Assembly (NCBI GenBank): GCA_002269645.1
Contig: NIVC01001559.1
Location: 1 to 62,668, forward strand
Reading direction: 5' to 3'
Length of the DNA stretch: 62,668 nucleotides
Source of the DNA: Macrostomum lignano
Lineage: Eukaryota
Position numbers and translations under genes: made by a program. Positions 48,533 to 60,081 of this stretch are shown piece after piece. Numbering within the stretch: position 1 is the stretch's first letter; each line of letters opens with the position of its first letter. Below the pieces are notes generated by a model. It saw only the letters and a program-made list of their open reading frames with translations, made no database searches and had not been told where the DNA came from.

Positions 48533-49413
48533 TTTAAGGTTAATCTTTAGTCAACTGTAAATATTCTTTCTTTCTAAAACGTTTAGCGTTCTATGCCAAG
48601 TGTACGATATTTAGGTATGGCTTTATATACTGTTTAGAGTGAGAATGAGAACACTATCCAATAAAAGTTGAACAAGCTTGTTATTGGATAAGAGATAGAA
48701 GGCGACCACAACCACTAGTTTTAGTTCAGAAAAATAGTAAAGTCTAAGCGTGTTGCTAAAAATAAATCGCACTGTACATTAAAGGTAGTGTACTATAAAT
48801 ATTTCTACTGAATATTGAACTAATAAAAAGTACAATTGAAAGCTAAATTGTTTTTTTCTATTATAAAAATGACGATCCATCAGGATCTAGATACTGTAAC
48901 TAATATTGATTAAGCGATTTTAAAACGCAATGATTTTAAAATGCACAATCAATTAGCTTTTTTCAAATAAACAAGCAATAGAAGCGTAAGATTCTATAGT
49001 TCCTCATCCATTAACTTATTATTAATGCTCCTAGGTAGCGAGTCGGCGTATTTACGCTGGTATACACGTTTGCAGTTTTCCAGCAATGCTGCTGTTGAAG
49101 AAAAACAAAGGGTGACTACTGAAATGTGTCTACTGGTCTAATAAACAATAGGCAAAACAGAACGCAAACTATGTGTCCTCAAAATAGTTGCTGATGTGAC
49201 CATTTATTGTTTAATTTTTGCCATAAGGGCCATTTAAGGCTTTGATTGCTTGTTTTTTTCCATAGGTCGGAAAACTCCGACCCGCCTTGGGTCCTTTGAA
49301 ACTTCACAATGGCAATCCGGCCCGCTCTCAACGTTTGTGTCTCTTCTCTGCTCTCTTCTCTAATTTTCTCTATTCCATTTTCCCTCTCCTCTCTCCCGTT
49401 TCTCCTCTGCTCT

Positions 49414-49878
49414 ACAACAACAACAACAAGGTACTGCTCCCGCCGGCCACGCAGTAGCCAGAAAGGGGGAGCAGTCAGAAAGCGCGTCTCTGGGCCATTG
49501 CCCTCAGGAAGTCGCATCCCCCTGCTTGGTCCGGGGCGCCAGCGTCACTCAGAAGTCGGTCAGGGTATCGCACCGTTCGCCCTTGGCCTCGCCTCCGCGG
49601 TCCCTGCAGCTTGAGCAGCAGCACGTCGTGTAGCGGCTCAGGACAGCGGGCCTCCGACCGGATGACGTGGCCAGCCAGTCGAAGTCGCCGCCCGCGCAGC
49701 AGGTCAGAAGGCCGCGTCAGGCGCGCCCTAGTGTAGACCGCGGCATTGGTCTCGCTGCCTGGGCCGCTGCGCACTCCGAAAGCCGCACGCAGCATTGCCG
49801 CATGCGCAGCGTCCAGCTGCCTCTCCAAGGCGTCCGTCAGGGTCCATGTCTCGGCGCTGAGGAGAGGAGGAGACCAAG
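49414..49878 (-). mobile_element. 5'-truncated RTE-clade LINE, inserted in the CT core of a MITE
   Basis: Minus-strand peptide LLSAETWTLTDALERQLDAAHAAMLR...RRLRLAGHVIR...RRRGQGR typical of RTE C-termini; (TTG)n tail; 10-bp TSD CCTCTGCTCT (49404-49413, 49879-49888). Confidence 0.88.
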
Positions 49879-51262
49879 CCTCTGCTCTGCTCTCCTCCTC
49901 TCCTCACCTCACCTCTCCTCACCTCACCTCACCTCTCCTCTCCTCTCCTCTTCTCCTCTCCTGTCATCTCCTCTGCATGCATTCATATGCTCTACATGCA
50001 TATAGGAGAAGCCCTCAACGCTGATTTGTCAATATTCGAGCTACTCGAACTATCTTGATTCGTAGTTAAAAATTTCGGTTCGTGTTAGATCTTATTTAAA
50101 CAGTAATACGTTGATGATAATGCCTTAGAGTCCTTGTCACATTGTCCTCAACTACGGAAAATAATAAGCACTGACAAGACCCTTGCTTCAGAGTATTGTC
50201 GAATAAAAAACAATTTAGTACCATATTGTATTTTTACACTGTTTACTTGTCTGGGCGATTTGAAAAGGCTGCGGGAGGCGAGACAGACAGAGACAGGGAT
50301 GTGGAGAGAGAGAGAGAGCAGAGAGTTTGTGTGTGGGGGAAGGGGTAGCCATAGTTATTTCTAGCCAACGTTTCCACACGCTTTTACTCATGCAGTGAGC
50401 CACCAACCCCCCACTTCACTTGGCTCTAAAGTGGGGGGTTAAGAGATGCCGTCCCAGATTTCCACAGTTGCTGGGGTCTAAGCTAATCGATAAATTCTCT
50501 TCCACTCCTCTCTTCGCCATGCCACCAGCACCAAACATGAAAATGCAATACGAGCTTTATGGCTTCGTGTGATAATTCTGAAGCCGCTTTATCTATAATC
50601 TTAAGTCTGACAACAAGTCGGTTTCTGTTGCCTCAGTGGGTGGTCTACCCAGTACGCTCGTAGCATTAGACATTTAACCATATACAGGCTAATTAACTGG
50701 TCTCATTAAATTCAACTCAACTCTAGCCTTGCAAGTGCCAGGCAGCATATAAAAATTCTACGCCGGTATTGTGTTAGCGTTAGAACTGAGCTCTTCAGTG
50801 AGGTTTTGAGTATAGATGAGATACAGAGAGAACAGTGCGACTTAGTCGCTCTAGTCAGAATAAGTGTTTAGCCCCCGCCCCTTATAGCCGAAGGAAACTA
50901 GAATAAATAAGTCCGCTCTGCATTCGCTACTCCGTTCTATGCCAAAAACAAGCCATAAAACTACACCATTAGTGCTTAAAATTTTACCCTGCCCTGTCCC
51001 ATACGGGTTCATATTCCAATCCCAATTTTGCAGCATCTGACGTGATCACATGATAGCCGTATGCTATACTATATCTCACAATGTCCTTATCAAGAAGCTT
51101 GGGTGATATGCCCTCAGATTCCGGCTTTATGGGGCGCAAAAAATTACTTGTACAATATATAATAGTACAATAGTTTTGATTGATTAGATATTAAAAGCAA
51201 ATAGCCACTTCTCAAATGCATTTTAATTTAAATAGTACGAGCTAATGGAGTCTGCAAGATTT

Positions 51263-51514
51263 CTAGGCGCCACTCCACGACTGCAGACGCCGCCTGCTTT
51301 CTCGACGCTGCTGGCCACCGCTGCCGCCTCCTCCATCTCCTCCGTTCGAGTCCGGTGAGCCTGTCAGCTCGACGTCGCCGTGGCTTCTTGATCGGGTTCG
51401 AGCCAGCACCGGCCGACGCTGATCTGCAGGTCCGGCTTGAGCTGTCTCGAGCTCCAGCGCAGGCAGCGTGGCGCTCAAGTCCGAGACTTCGCTGCTGAGC
51501 CTCGCGTTTTCCAT
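51263..51514 (-). CDS. Short ORF O3 (83 aa), truncated relative or exon of the O1/O2 family
   Basis: GC-rich coding-like block; LSSEVSDLSATLPALELET resembles O1 LPRSAQDLRGIELET; RRESRRRL resembles O1 RRDSI...RRRL. Confidence 0.45.
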   Translation of the reverse strand: MENARLSSEVSDLSATLPALELETAQAGPADQRRPVLARTRSRSHGDVELTGSPDSNGGDGGGGSGGQQRRESRRRLQSWSGA

Positions 51515-53319
51515 TTTTACAGGAAAATTCGTCTGCTTAACTTTTAATACTGACTCAATTGACTAAATAATAGGCAAGTCTCATAGGGCAAGTTTCAGCT
51601 GCTCTCCTCTTCGGATAATACAAGTGTTTTTCTATCCCTCATCTTCTCGTTCCATTATCCCTTTCTGCTGAGGCGGACCAAGCAGGGGAGACGAGCGAAG
51701 AGAGAACGGAGGGATGTCTGCCAATAAGCGCAGGCTAAACGTGCGAGTCAGTGAGTGCGAGCAGCCAACCTGTTAATACACACCCAACGCCTCCCCACCC
51801 CCCTCAGCGGCCGTTACTGCTTCAACACTTTAATTGGTTCAATAGGCTGGCAATCAGACCATGCCTGTCCCGTGACGCCCCCCGCCCCACCCCACTTGTA
51901 TCACGGGGTTTAAGCTCAGTTGTCTCTTGAAAGAATTTGAAGATTAAGCGGCGTTGAAAATGATTCCTCTCTAACCTACTCTCTTCCTCTCTAGCTAGTC
52001 GTAAAAAGGGAATTAACTGAAAGCTTTTCACAACCCCACCCCCAGCCCCCGCGTTTTCTCGCTCTGCCCCCTGTCAGCGTTTTGGAGTTGCTTTTCTGTG
52101 CTTTGCCGCCTAGCGTTGCGCGACCGCGGCTGGCCCGCCCGCCTGCCTGCCACCCACCCTTTCGGCTTGTTATTATCTTTACTTTTTCTCTTCTAGCTTC
52201 GGGGGCTTAATTTTGCCTGGGTCGGTTTAGCAAACTATCACTGTAGCCTTTTATCAACAGCAGCGTATTTGGGAAACTGCATCTCTCATACTGATTCTCT
52301 ATTATAGAAGTGTATGGATTTGCATGTCTTTAAAGTCTCTGAGTTTTATTTCCAGCCGTGCATTTTCGGATGTTTTTTGAAAGTGAGGGAGCTAAATTTC
52401 ACATTCCCTAAATCCCAATTTCCCCAACCTTGCACATTCCCTAAATTGCACATTCCCTAAATTGCACATTCTCTAAAATTCAGTTGATGCACCGTATTCA
52501 AGTAAATAATACAACATACACTATTATACATGTATTGCTAGTTCAATCGACACTGTGGATCTAGCCATGTGACATTTCTTGATACCTGGAATAGAGGTAG
52601 ACCGGAGCCAATCCCACAACAAATAGGACTATAATTGGTGCAGTTGTTTTGAAAATTTCGTTCCATTCTGAGCCTGAAGCTCCTGGTCTATAGGTTATTC
52701 TACTATTTCTATCTATCTATATCTATTTTATATTACTAAACTAATTTTGCGCTGTATTCGTGCGTGCGTGCGTGCGTGCGTGCGTGTAATTGATTTTTTC
52801 GAGAATGGCTCAACCGATTCTCTTCAAACTTGCACCATTCGATCAGAAATTTTCCTGGGATGTTGAATGCATCTTGGCTAAGAAATTGATCAATATTAAA
52901 GGGATTAAATATTCGAAAAACATGATTTTCTGCGAAGGTCAAGCAGCTCTTTCGACCTGAAATGCATTGTAAGAATGCTAGAGAAAAACCTGACTGACTG
53001 AATTTCAATTCTGATAAAGATTGCATCACAGCAAGTTGAAAACAGTGCCAAAGAAATGCACACACGACTTGATTTAAATTGCGTAACCATATTTCTAACT
53101 TAAATTGAGACTGATACTGGCTGACTGAGAAATTGATTATGTCATAACTTTTTACTCTAACCGATTTGCTATAAGAATTGAATTATAAGGGCCACAATTC
53201 ATGCTCTCCGATCGACAAGAGATAGCCTAGATGCGATCAGACTGGACTGCTAATTCAGCGACCTGGGTTCGAATCTTAGTAGTACAAAATAATTTTTTTA
53301 TTAAAACATCTTAAAAACA

Positions 53320-53680
53320 AAATGCTGAACATAAAAGAGGCACAATGTCAAACAAAAGTGGCACCATTTCAAACATTAAAGGCCACCATGTCAAACATAT
53401 ATGACTCCATGTCTAACATTAAAGAGCCACCATGTCGAACATAAAAGAGCCACTATGTCAAACATCAACGAGTCACCATGTCAAGCGTACATACATGACT
53501 TCATTTCAGACATTAAAGTGCCACCATGTCAAATATTAAAGAGCCACCATGTCAAGCGTATAAGTGACTCCATGTCAGACATTAAAGAGCCATCATTGCA
53601 TACATTAAAGTGCCACCAGGTCAAACATTAAAAAGCCACAATGTCAAACACAAAACAGCTACCATGTCAAACATAAATGG
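53320..53680. repeat. Degenerate ~21-bp tandem repeat (CCACCATGTCAAACATTAAA-like)
   Basis: Recurring CCATGTCAAACAT core. Confidence 0.75.
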
Positions 53681-54935
53681 GGTGCCTACTATCTTGGAGT
53701 GCTTGCTATCTGGAGATGCGTGCTATCTGGGGGTGCTTGCTATCTGGGGGTGCTTGCTATCTGGGGGTGCTTGCTATCTGGGGGTGCTTGCTATCTAAGG
53801 GTGCTTGCTATTAGGTGGATGCTTGCTATCTGGGGTGCCTGCTATCTTGGAGTGCTTGCTATTAGGTGGATGCTTGCTATCTGGGGTGCCTGCTATCTGA
53901 GGGTGCTTGCTATCTGGGGGGTGCTTGCTATCTAAGGGTGCTTGCTAACTGGGGGTGCTTGCTTTCTAAGGGTGCTTGCTATTAGGTGGATGCTTGCTAT
54001 CTGGGGGTGCTTGCTATCTGGGGGTGCTTGCTATCTGGGGGTGCTTGCTATCTGGGGGTGCTTGCTATCTAAGGGTGCTTGCTATTAGGTGGATGCTTGC
54101 TATCTGGGGTGCCTGCTATCTTGGAGTGCTTGCTATTAGGTGGATGCTTGCTATCTGGGGTGCCTGCTATCTGAGGGTGCTTGCTATCTGGGGGGTGCTT
54201 GCTATCTAAGGGTGCTTGCTAACTGGGGGTGCTTGCTTTCTAAGGGTGCTTGCTATTAGGTGGATGCTTGCTATCTGGGGGTGCTTGCTATCTGGGGGTG
54301 CTTGCTATCTGGAGATGCTTGCTATCTGGGGGTGCTTGCTATCTGGGGGTGCTTGCTATCTGGGGGTGCTTGCTATCTGGGGGTGCTTGCTATCTGGGGG
54401 TGCTTGCTATCTAAGGGTGCTTGCTATTAGGTGGATGCTTGCTATCTGGGGTGCCTGCTATCTTGGAGTGCTTGCTATTAGGTGGATGCTTGCTATCTGG
54501 GGTGCCTGCTATCTGAGGGTGCTTGCTATCTGGGGGGTGCTTGCTATCTAAGGGTGCTTGCTAACTGGGGGTGCTTGCTTTCTAAGGGTGCTTGCTATTA
54601 GGTGGATGCTTGCTATCTGGGGGTGCTTGCTATCTGGGGGTGCTTGCTATCTGGAGATGCTTGCTATCTGGGGGTGCTTGCTATCTGGGGGTGCTTGCTA
54701 TCTGGGGGTGCTTGCTATCTGGGGGTGCTTGCTATCTGGAGATGCTTGCTATCTGGGGGTGCTTGCTATCTGGGGGTGCTTGCTATCTGGGGGTGCTTGC
54801 TATCTGGAGATGCTTGCTATCTGGGGGTGCTTGCTATCTGGGGGTGCTTGCTATCTGGGGGTGCTTGCTATCTGGAGATGCTTGCTATCTGGGGGTGCTT
54901 GCTATCTGGGGTGCTTGCTATCTGGGGGGTTGCTT
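53680..54935. repeat. 17-bp minisatellite, ~74 copies, with ~170-bp higher-order blocks
   Basis: Unit TATCTGGGGGTGCTTGC; the variant CTAAGGGTGCTTGCTATTAGGTGGATG recurs, mostly every ~170 bp. Confidence 0.95.
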
Positions 54936-55804
54936 GCTGTCCTAGGATGTTTTCTTTTTGCATTGCACTTCATTTGAGCAGTTTTTCTATTGTCTATGTG
55001 AAGACTTTTTTGGCCGTCTTTTTGATACTTGTAGAGAGCCAGAGATTCTATCTAGATGCCCCCCATCGGGGGGGCGAAGATTGCTAGTTTCTACTATTTA
55101 GTTTTAATTTTCAAGCTGTCTGTACGCTCGTACTTGACACGATGTCGCATATTAATAAATCAAAACTTTGATTTACACTCTCAATAGGGCCGCCCCCGCT
55201 TCGGCGGAGATCCGGAAAAATTTTAAGGTCAGAATTTGCTCTTTGGTGCCTGTGCGGGGGTTCGGGGTTGGAGATGGTGTGTTGTTTTCTACCCTCTTTT
55301 CGGTAAAGAATGATGTACACTGTACTGATTGCATATTTTAGCGCTATGAAGTGGGGAGAGGGGGTTCAAAAGCTGGAAATTTCTTAACGAACAAACTTTA
55401 TATAACAAGAACTTACCATGCAGTAGCTTTCGGCTTTGGTTATATTTCGAGCTTTTGAATGCATAAGTATCAGATAGCTTGCAGAAAGCTACGAGCGTAC
55501 ACAATAAGCAGTACCAACATTTCTGAGAACAGATGCGAGCTGACTATCCTGAGTGACGGCAATGGTGCTGATGACGCTAATAAAAAGAGGCAGAGAAGAG
55601 AAAAAAACAGAAAAAGACACTCTTGAAGCCTTCGGGGTCTGGAAACAGCAGAAATATACGAGTATATATTCGTAAGCGGACAGCAGGTTTCTGCCCCAGC
55701 TGTATCCGACATTATACTGCATTATTCTTCGCTAATTTTTGCCATCGCAGTTTCTCTTGAAGAAATAATAGTTTGAATTCGAGCTAACTAAAAAACACTA
55801 ACAG

Positions 55805-57820
55805 TGGCTTCTCAACCTTATGAATTTAATGGTACATCGAGCGCCAATATCGATCCCAGCGTCGGTAATGGCGCTGATCGCAACGGTTCAGACGATGAAG
55901 AAGGAGGCTTAACGTCTTTGACTTCATCGGCAGATCTAGGGCACGGCAGCGAAGTAGAAGATGATTCAAGAAGCGACGCAAATCGCGTCACCAACCCTGC
56001 CAGCATCCCATCTGAATCTACTATAGGTGAAGTGATCTTAATTTAAGCATGTTATGCCCGATGTTAGTCTAATGCGAACTTCAGAAGGTTTTTCTATCAG
56101 GAAAGTACAGCACATGCTTGTGCGGCGGTAAAGATTCCCATGTGTGAAGCGAACACCAATGAAATGCGTTATAGAAATCTTATATGTACTTGCGTTCAGT
56201 GAGAATGAAGCTCTGCCTCCTCTCCTCAGCTCCCTAGCTTGCCTCCTCTCCGCCTCCCTTTGCCCCCACTCCCGCTACTCCTCTACTCTTGGGGGGGGGG
56301 CATCACAAACCCGAAATATCATAACATAATAACTCCAAAGTTCTAGCAATGTCCAACACTATTTTGGTTTTGGTTTTCGGAGTTATGATATTTCGATCGG
56401 GTTTGTGACATTTCGGGTTTAGCTCGTATGATAGGCGTTGCTAACACTTTCGGAGTTATGATATTTTAGGGTTTATGATATTTCGGGTTTATAATGGGAA
56501 GTGCTTTTGGAGTTATGATTTTTTTGGGTTTATGATGGCGACCCTCTGGACACACGTCAAGATATCGAAGTACTCGTGCAACAGTATCGATAAGTAGCCT
56601 GTGGCTCTCATTTTCACTGAATTGCTCAATACATTTGCCAGACTAATATCTATCTGACATTGCAACCATCAGCAACTAGAAACAAACATATTTGTTGAGG
56701 GTTAAAGATCGAGAGAAACATATCGAACCATCGACTTATTTAATTGACTAGAAGTATAGACGCTTAGAGACATCGTCAAAGAGAGACGGAAGAATAAGAG
56801 AGAGGGAAACACACCTAAAACATTTTATAGCATAGGCGTAGGAACGGGGGGCCAGTGGGCCATGGCCCCCCACTTTTTAAACGTAATATGTAGACTTCTT
56901 GCTTATTTTTGGTTTTTGCTGCTTTGCATGAATACATTTTGCTGCAGGGCGACAAAACATAGCGCCTGCGGCGCCAAAATGAGTGCCTGTGGCGCTAAAA
57001 TGAGTGCCTGCAGCGCTAAAATGAGTGCCTGCGGCGCTAAAATGAGTGCCTGCAGCGCTAAAATGAGTGCCTGCAGCGCTAAAATGAGTGCCTGCGGCGC
57101 TAAAATGAGTGCCTGCAGCGCTAAAATGAGTGCCTGCGGCGCTAAAATGAGTGCCTGCAGCGCTAAAATGAGTGCCTGTGGCGCTAAAATGAGTGCCTGC
57201 GGCGCTAAAATGAGTGCCTGCAGCGCTAAAATGAGTGCCTGCGGCGCTAAAATGAGTGCCTGCAGCGCTAAAATGAGTGCCTGCAGCGCTAAAATGAGTG
57301 CCTGCGGCGCCAAAATGAGTGCCTGTGGCGCTTTATAAAATGAGTGCTGACAAGATGGGTTCTGAAAATAATTGGTACATGATAATGGGCATTTTCCATA
57401 TAAAAAAGCTAACTCGACGAAGGCGTGCACCCTATGCGCCCCCCCTAAATCCGTCACTGAACCTGCCCCCCCCCACTTTTTGAAACGTTCCTACGCCTAT
57501 GTTTTATAGGCCTGATGCAGTCAAACGACAGCGGATTTGGCAGCCTAAATATCGAGGCCCTTGTTGCATCCGCTGCCGCCGCCGCATCCGTTGCTGCCGC
57601 CTACTCTGAAGCAGCCCCTACAGGTCAACAGGAGATGCAGCGCAATAAAAATCTTGGCCATCAGGTTGTGCGCTACATAGCCAGAGACCGGCGCCAACAG
57701 CGAACTTTGAACCCCCCCCTAATTGATTTTCAAATGTCCATCATCCATCATGTATCTATAGTTTTTAACGAACTACGAGGGGTGTCCAAAAGTAGTGGGA
57801 ATTTTCAGCCTAACTCATAG
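55805..57820 (+). CDS. Orphan gene S1: small acidic protein with DSGFGS motif; candidate first exon 51714..51750
   Basis: Exons 55805..56026 and 57510..(57820) join in phase 1 (ESTIG|LMQSNDSGFGS). The phase-1 donor GTCA|GTGAGT at 51750 would supply MSANKRRLNVRV and complete an ATG (tentative). Paralog of 60082-60412. The 3' end runs into a mariner TIR. Confidence 0.6.
56831..57501. mobile_element. hAT-type MITE, 671 bp, with an internal 21-bp array (~17 copies, 56963-57331)
   Basis: TIRs CATAGGCGTAGGAACG / CGTTCCTACGCCTATG; exact 8-bp TSD TTTTATAG; array unit GCGCTAAAATGAGTGCCTGC[AG]. Confidence 0.92.
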
Positions 57821-58539
57821 TTGGATTCAGATAGATTAATGGCTTTGACGTTAAATGAAGGCGACTTTATCTATATATACCATACTTTTTGAACTTTGTA
57901 ACTATTTACCGTCATTCAGAAGTTATGTCAAATCTACGACGTAGTACTGTGCCCCTGGCTATAGCTTACAGAAACTAAAAAACAGGTATATTCCGGAAAA
58001 AAATGATAATCAATCTGTAAGAGCATATCCATTAAAGTTCTTAACATGACAGTCAAATTCGCGATCAAATATCCTTGTCTTTAGGGATTGAAACCTTCTC
58101 CATGTAGTCATCGTTGCAGTTGACGCATTTCTCCCAGCGAATGCGCAATGAATCAATGGCATGCGCGTACTGCTCCTTGGGAATCGCATAAGGAGGCGCC
58201 GAACCTCTTCTTTCAGGCAGTGACGTTTGACGTAGACGTTGCTTCTTAGCAGCTCCTTCAGCCTCGGAAAAAAGACAAAAATCTGCTGGCGCCAAGTCAG
58301 GCGAGTAAGGTGGGTGAGGCAGGAGTTCAAACTTCATGCGTTGAATTGCCTCCACTGTCCTTGAAGCCGTGTGTGGTCGGGCATTGTCATAGTGGAGCAT
58401 TGGTGGATTGATTAAGTCATTTTCTGTAAGCGGTACCCAAGGGCACAGTACTAGATTGGACATAACTTCTGAATGCCGGTGGTAGATATTTACAAAAATC
58501 AAAAGTATGTTGTAGATAGAGGAAGTAAGACTACCCTCG
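57776..58539 (-). mobile_element. Internally deleted mariner element with a frameshifted transposase C-terminus
   Basis: TA|CGAGGG ... CCCTCG|TA ends; minus-strand HYDNARPH...HPPYSPDLAPADF (D,D34D) and RWEKCVNCNDDY; long internal inverted repeats ~57900-57980 / ~58405-58490. Confidence 0.88.
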
Positions 58540-59074
58540 TAAGACTATAAATAAGTCATGCAAATGATCGGTTTTACCTCTAACTACGGTATGCGTTTCT
58601 TATTGATAAAATAGAATAGACAATAGGTAGATTTGATCGATATTTACTTGCGTTATCAAACGGGATCATGATTTTTATGTTATACATGTATTTAAATCGA
58701 ACAAAGTTCCTCCTAAAAACATTCGGTTAACATTCGAGTTGCGTTTAACGTTATGATGCTTTTCCTCTATTCGCGTCTTACTGTAATAGTCAGTTCGCAA
58801 TTGCTAATCTTTTTACGTTGAATTACATTTTTATAGCTTTTGACGTATAAATTTGGTGCAGCCAAAGAGCCGCAAGGCGTCAGGACTTATTCGGAAGCTT
58901 GAGCATCTCTCTAAACCTGGAGGCCGTGCTTCATCACTAGTGGCATCACTGGCTGCCATGATCACATGATTTTCACTAGTGTTGCATTCATATTCCTGGA
59001 GGTAGTCTACTAGAAAGTTTACGACTACTGATAGTAGCCAAAATAGAATATGTCTAATATACTGGCAATATTGA

Positions 59075-59345
59075 GGGAGTAGCTTCAACGGTATAAGCGC
59101 GTCTGGCCCTCGCGTCAAACCTCCTGGTTCGAATCCTTGCGCAGGCCACAGTTACTTTGGGCTTGTAAGCGAAAATTGAATGGGAGATTGTCGTGCGATT
59201 CACTCCCATGACGGCGAACCAACACGGCACAGAGAGTGTGCATGCCTGACGGTTAGAAAGGTGAAGACCGCTGTGCATGAGTGCGTGCCTGTGTACATGC
59301 ACATGCGCACCTGTATGTGCTCAGGAGTCAGCGGAATGGGAACGC
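59075..59345 (+). mobile_element. tRNA-derived SINE (same family as 23105-23400)
   Basis: A box GTAGCTTCAACGG, B box GGTTCGAATCC, shared body motifs. Confidence 0.7.
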
Positions 59346-59360
59346 CCTGTTTACCAAAGC

Positions 59361-59592
59361 CAGAAGGTCGGCAAACTTTTTACCGCCAGGGCCAGATGGA
59401 GAACCCAGCGCATGACTGCGGGTCAGAGGAGGGGAGAGAGGAGAGGGGAGATGAAATAAGAGAAGAGAGAGGAGGAAAGGGAGAGGAGAAGGGACACTAA
59501 GAAGAGACACAAACTTTGAGCGGACGGATTACTATTGTGAAGTTTTAAAGGACCCTAGGCATGTGGTTTGCCCTCGAGTTTGCCGACCCCTG
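59361..59592. mobile_element. hAT-type MITE, 232 bp, best-preserved copy of the family
   Basis: CAGAAGGTCGGCAAAC / GTTTGCCGACCCCTG; 8-bp TSD ACCAAAGC / ACTAAAGC (1 mismatch). Confidence 0.85.
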
Positions 59593-60081
59593 ACTAAAGC
59601 AATGTACTTGCTTTCGGATTTGCCCCCGGAATTAATGTTTTTTTATAATAAGCGGGGCTCGTTATTCCACGAAGCTGTCAGCTGACCTATTTTCTTCATT
59701 TCTCTCCATTGTTATTCGTACATTATTCAAAAATAGTCTAGTCACGCGCTGACTGAATGTAAATTTACTAAATTTGTTTATATACAATACGTGGGTGGAC
59801 TGTCTGACCTTGAAAAGAATTTCGTACGTACCCGTTGTTAGCCAACGGGTTGGCCGCTAGATACAGAGTGGAGCTACAAACAGGGGGTAATGTACGACAT
59901 ATGCACACCCCATTGAGCGTTATACAGAAATCTATTTTAGTACTACCTACTAATTGGTTCTGAGTTTTATACATACATTGAAGCAAAATGGATGTCACAA
60001 GTTTTTCTATCTAGTCGTCATTCGGAAAGCACAACTCTATCTGCAAGCTCTGCCGTTGCGTCCAAGATCATCGGAATATTC

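Larger units (their letters stand above)
52709..55088 (+). mobile_element. Non-autonomous Helitron-like element, ~2.4 kb, carrying two minisatellites and a SINE head
   Basis: 5' (T)CTATCTAT...(CGTG)n...ATGGCTCAACCGATT head; 3' hairpin GCCCCCC-ATC-GGGGGGGC (55058-55075) ending 8 nt before CTAG|T (55084-55088). Confidence 0.7.

Noticed and set aside
53699-55087. Multiple WGCLLSGGACYL ORFs
   Set aside because: Products of a 17-bp satellite cycling through frames.
56862-57457. (CGAKMSA)n and (LILAPQA)n ORFs on both strands
   Set aside because: 21-bp array inside a MITE with TIRs and TSD.
57640-57700. BH3-like motif in the S1/S2 C-terminal helix
   Set aside because: Hydrophobic spacing is off by one and the conserved G/A-D pair is missing.
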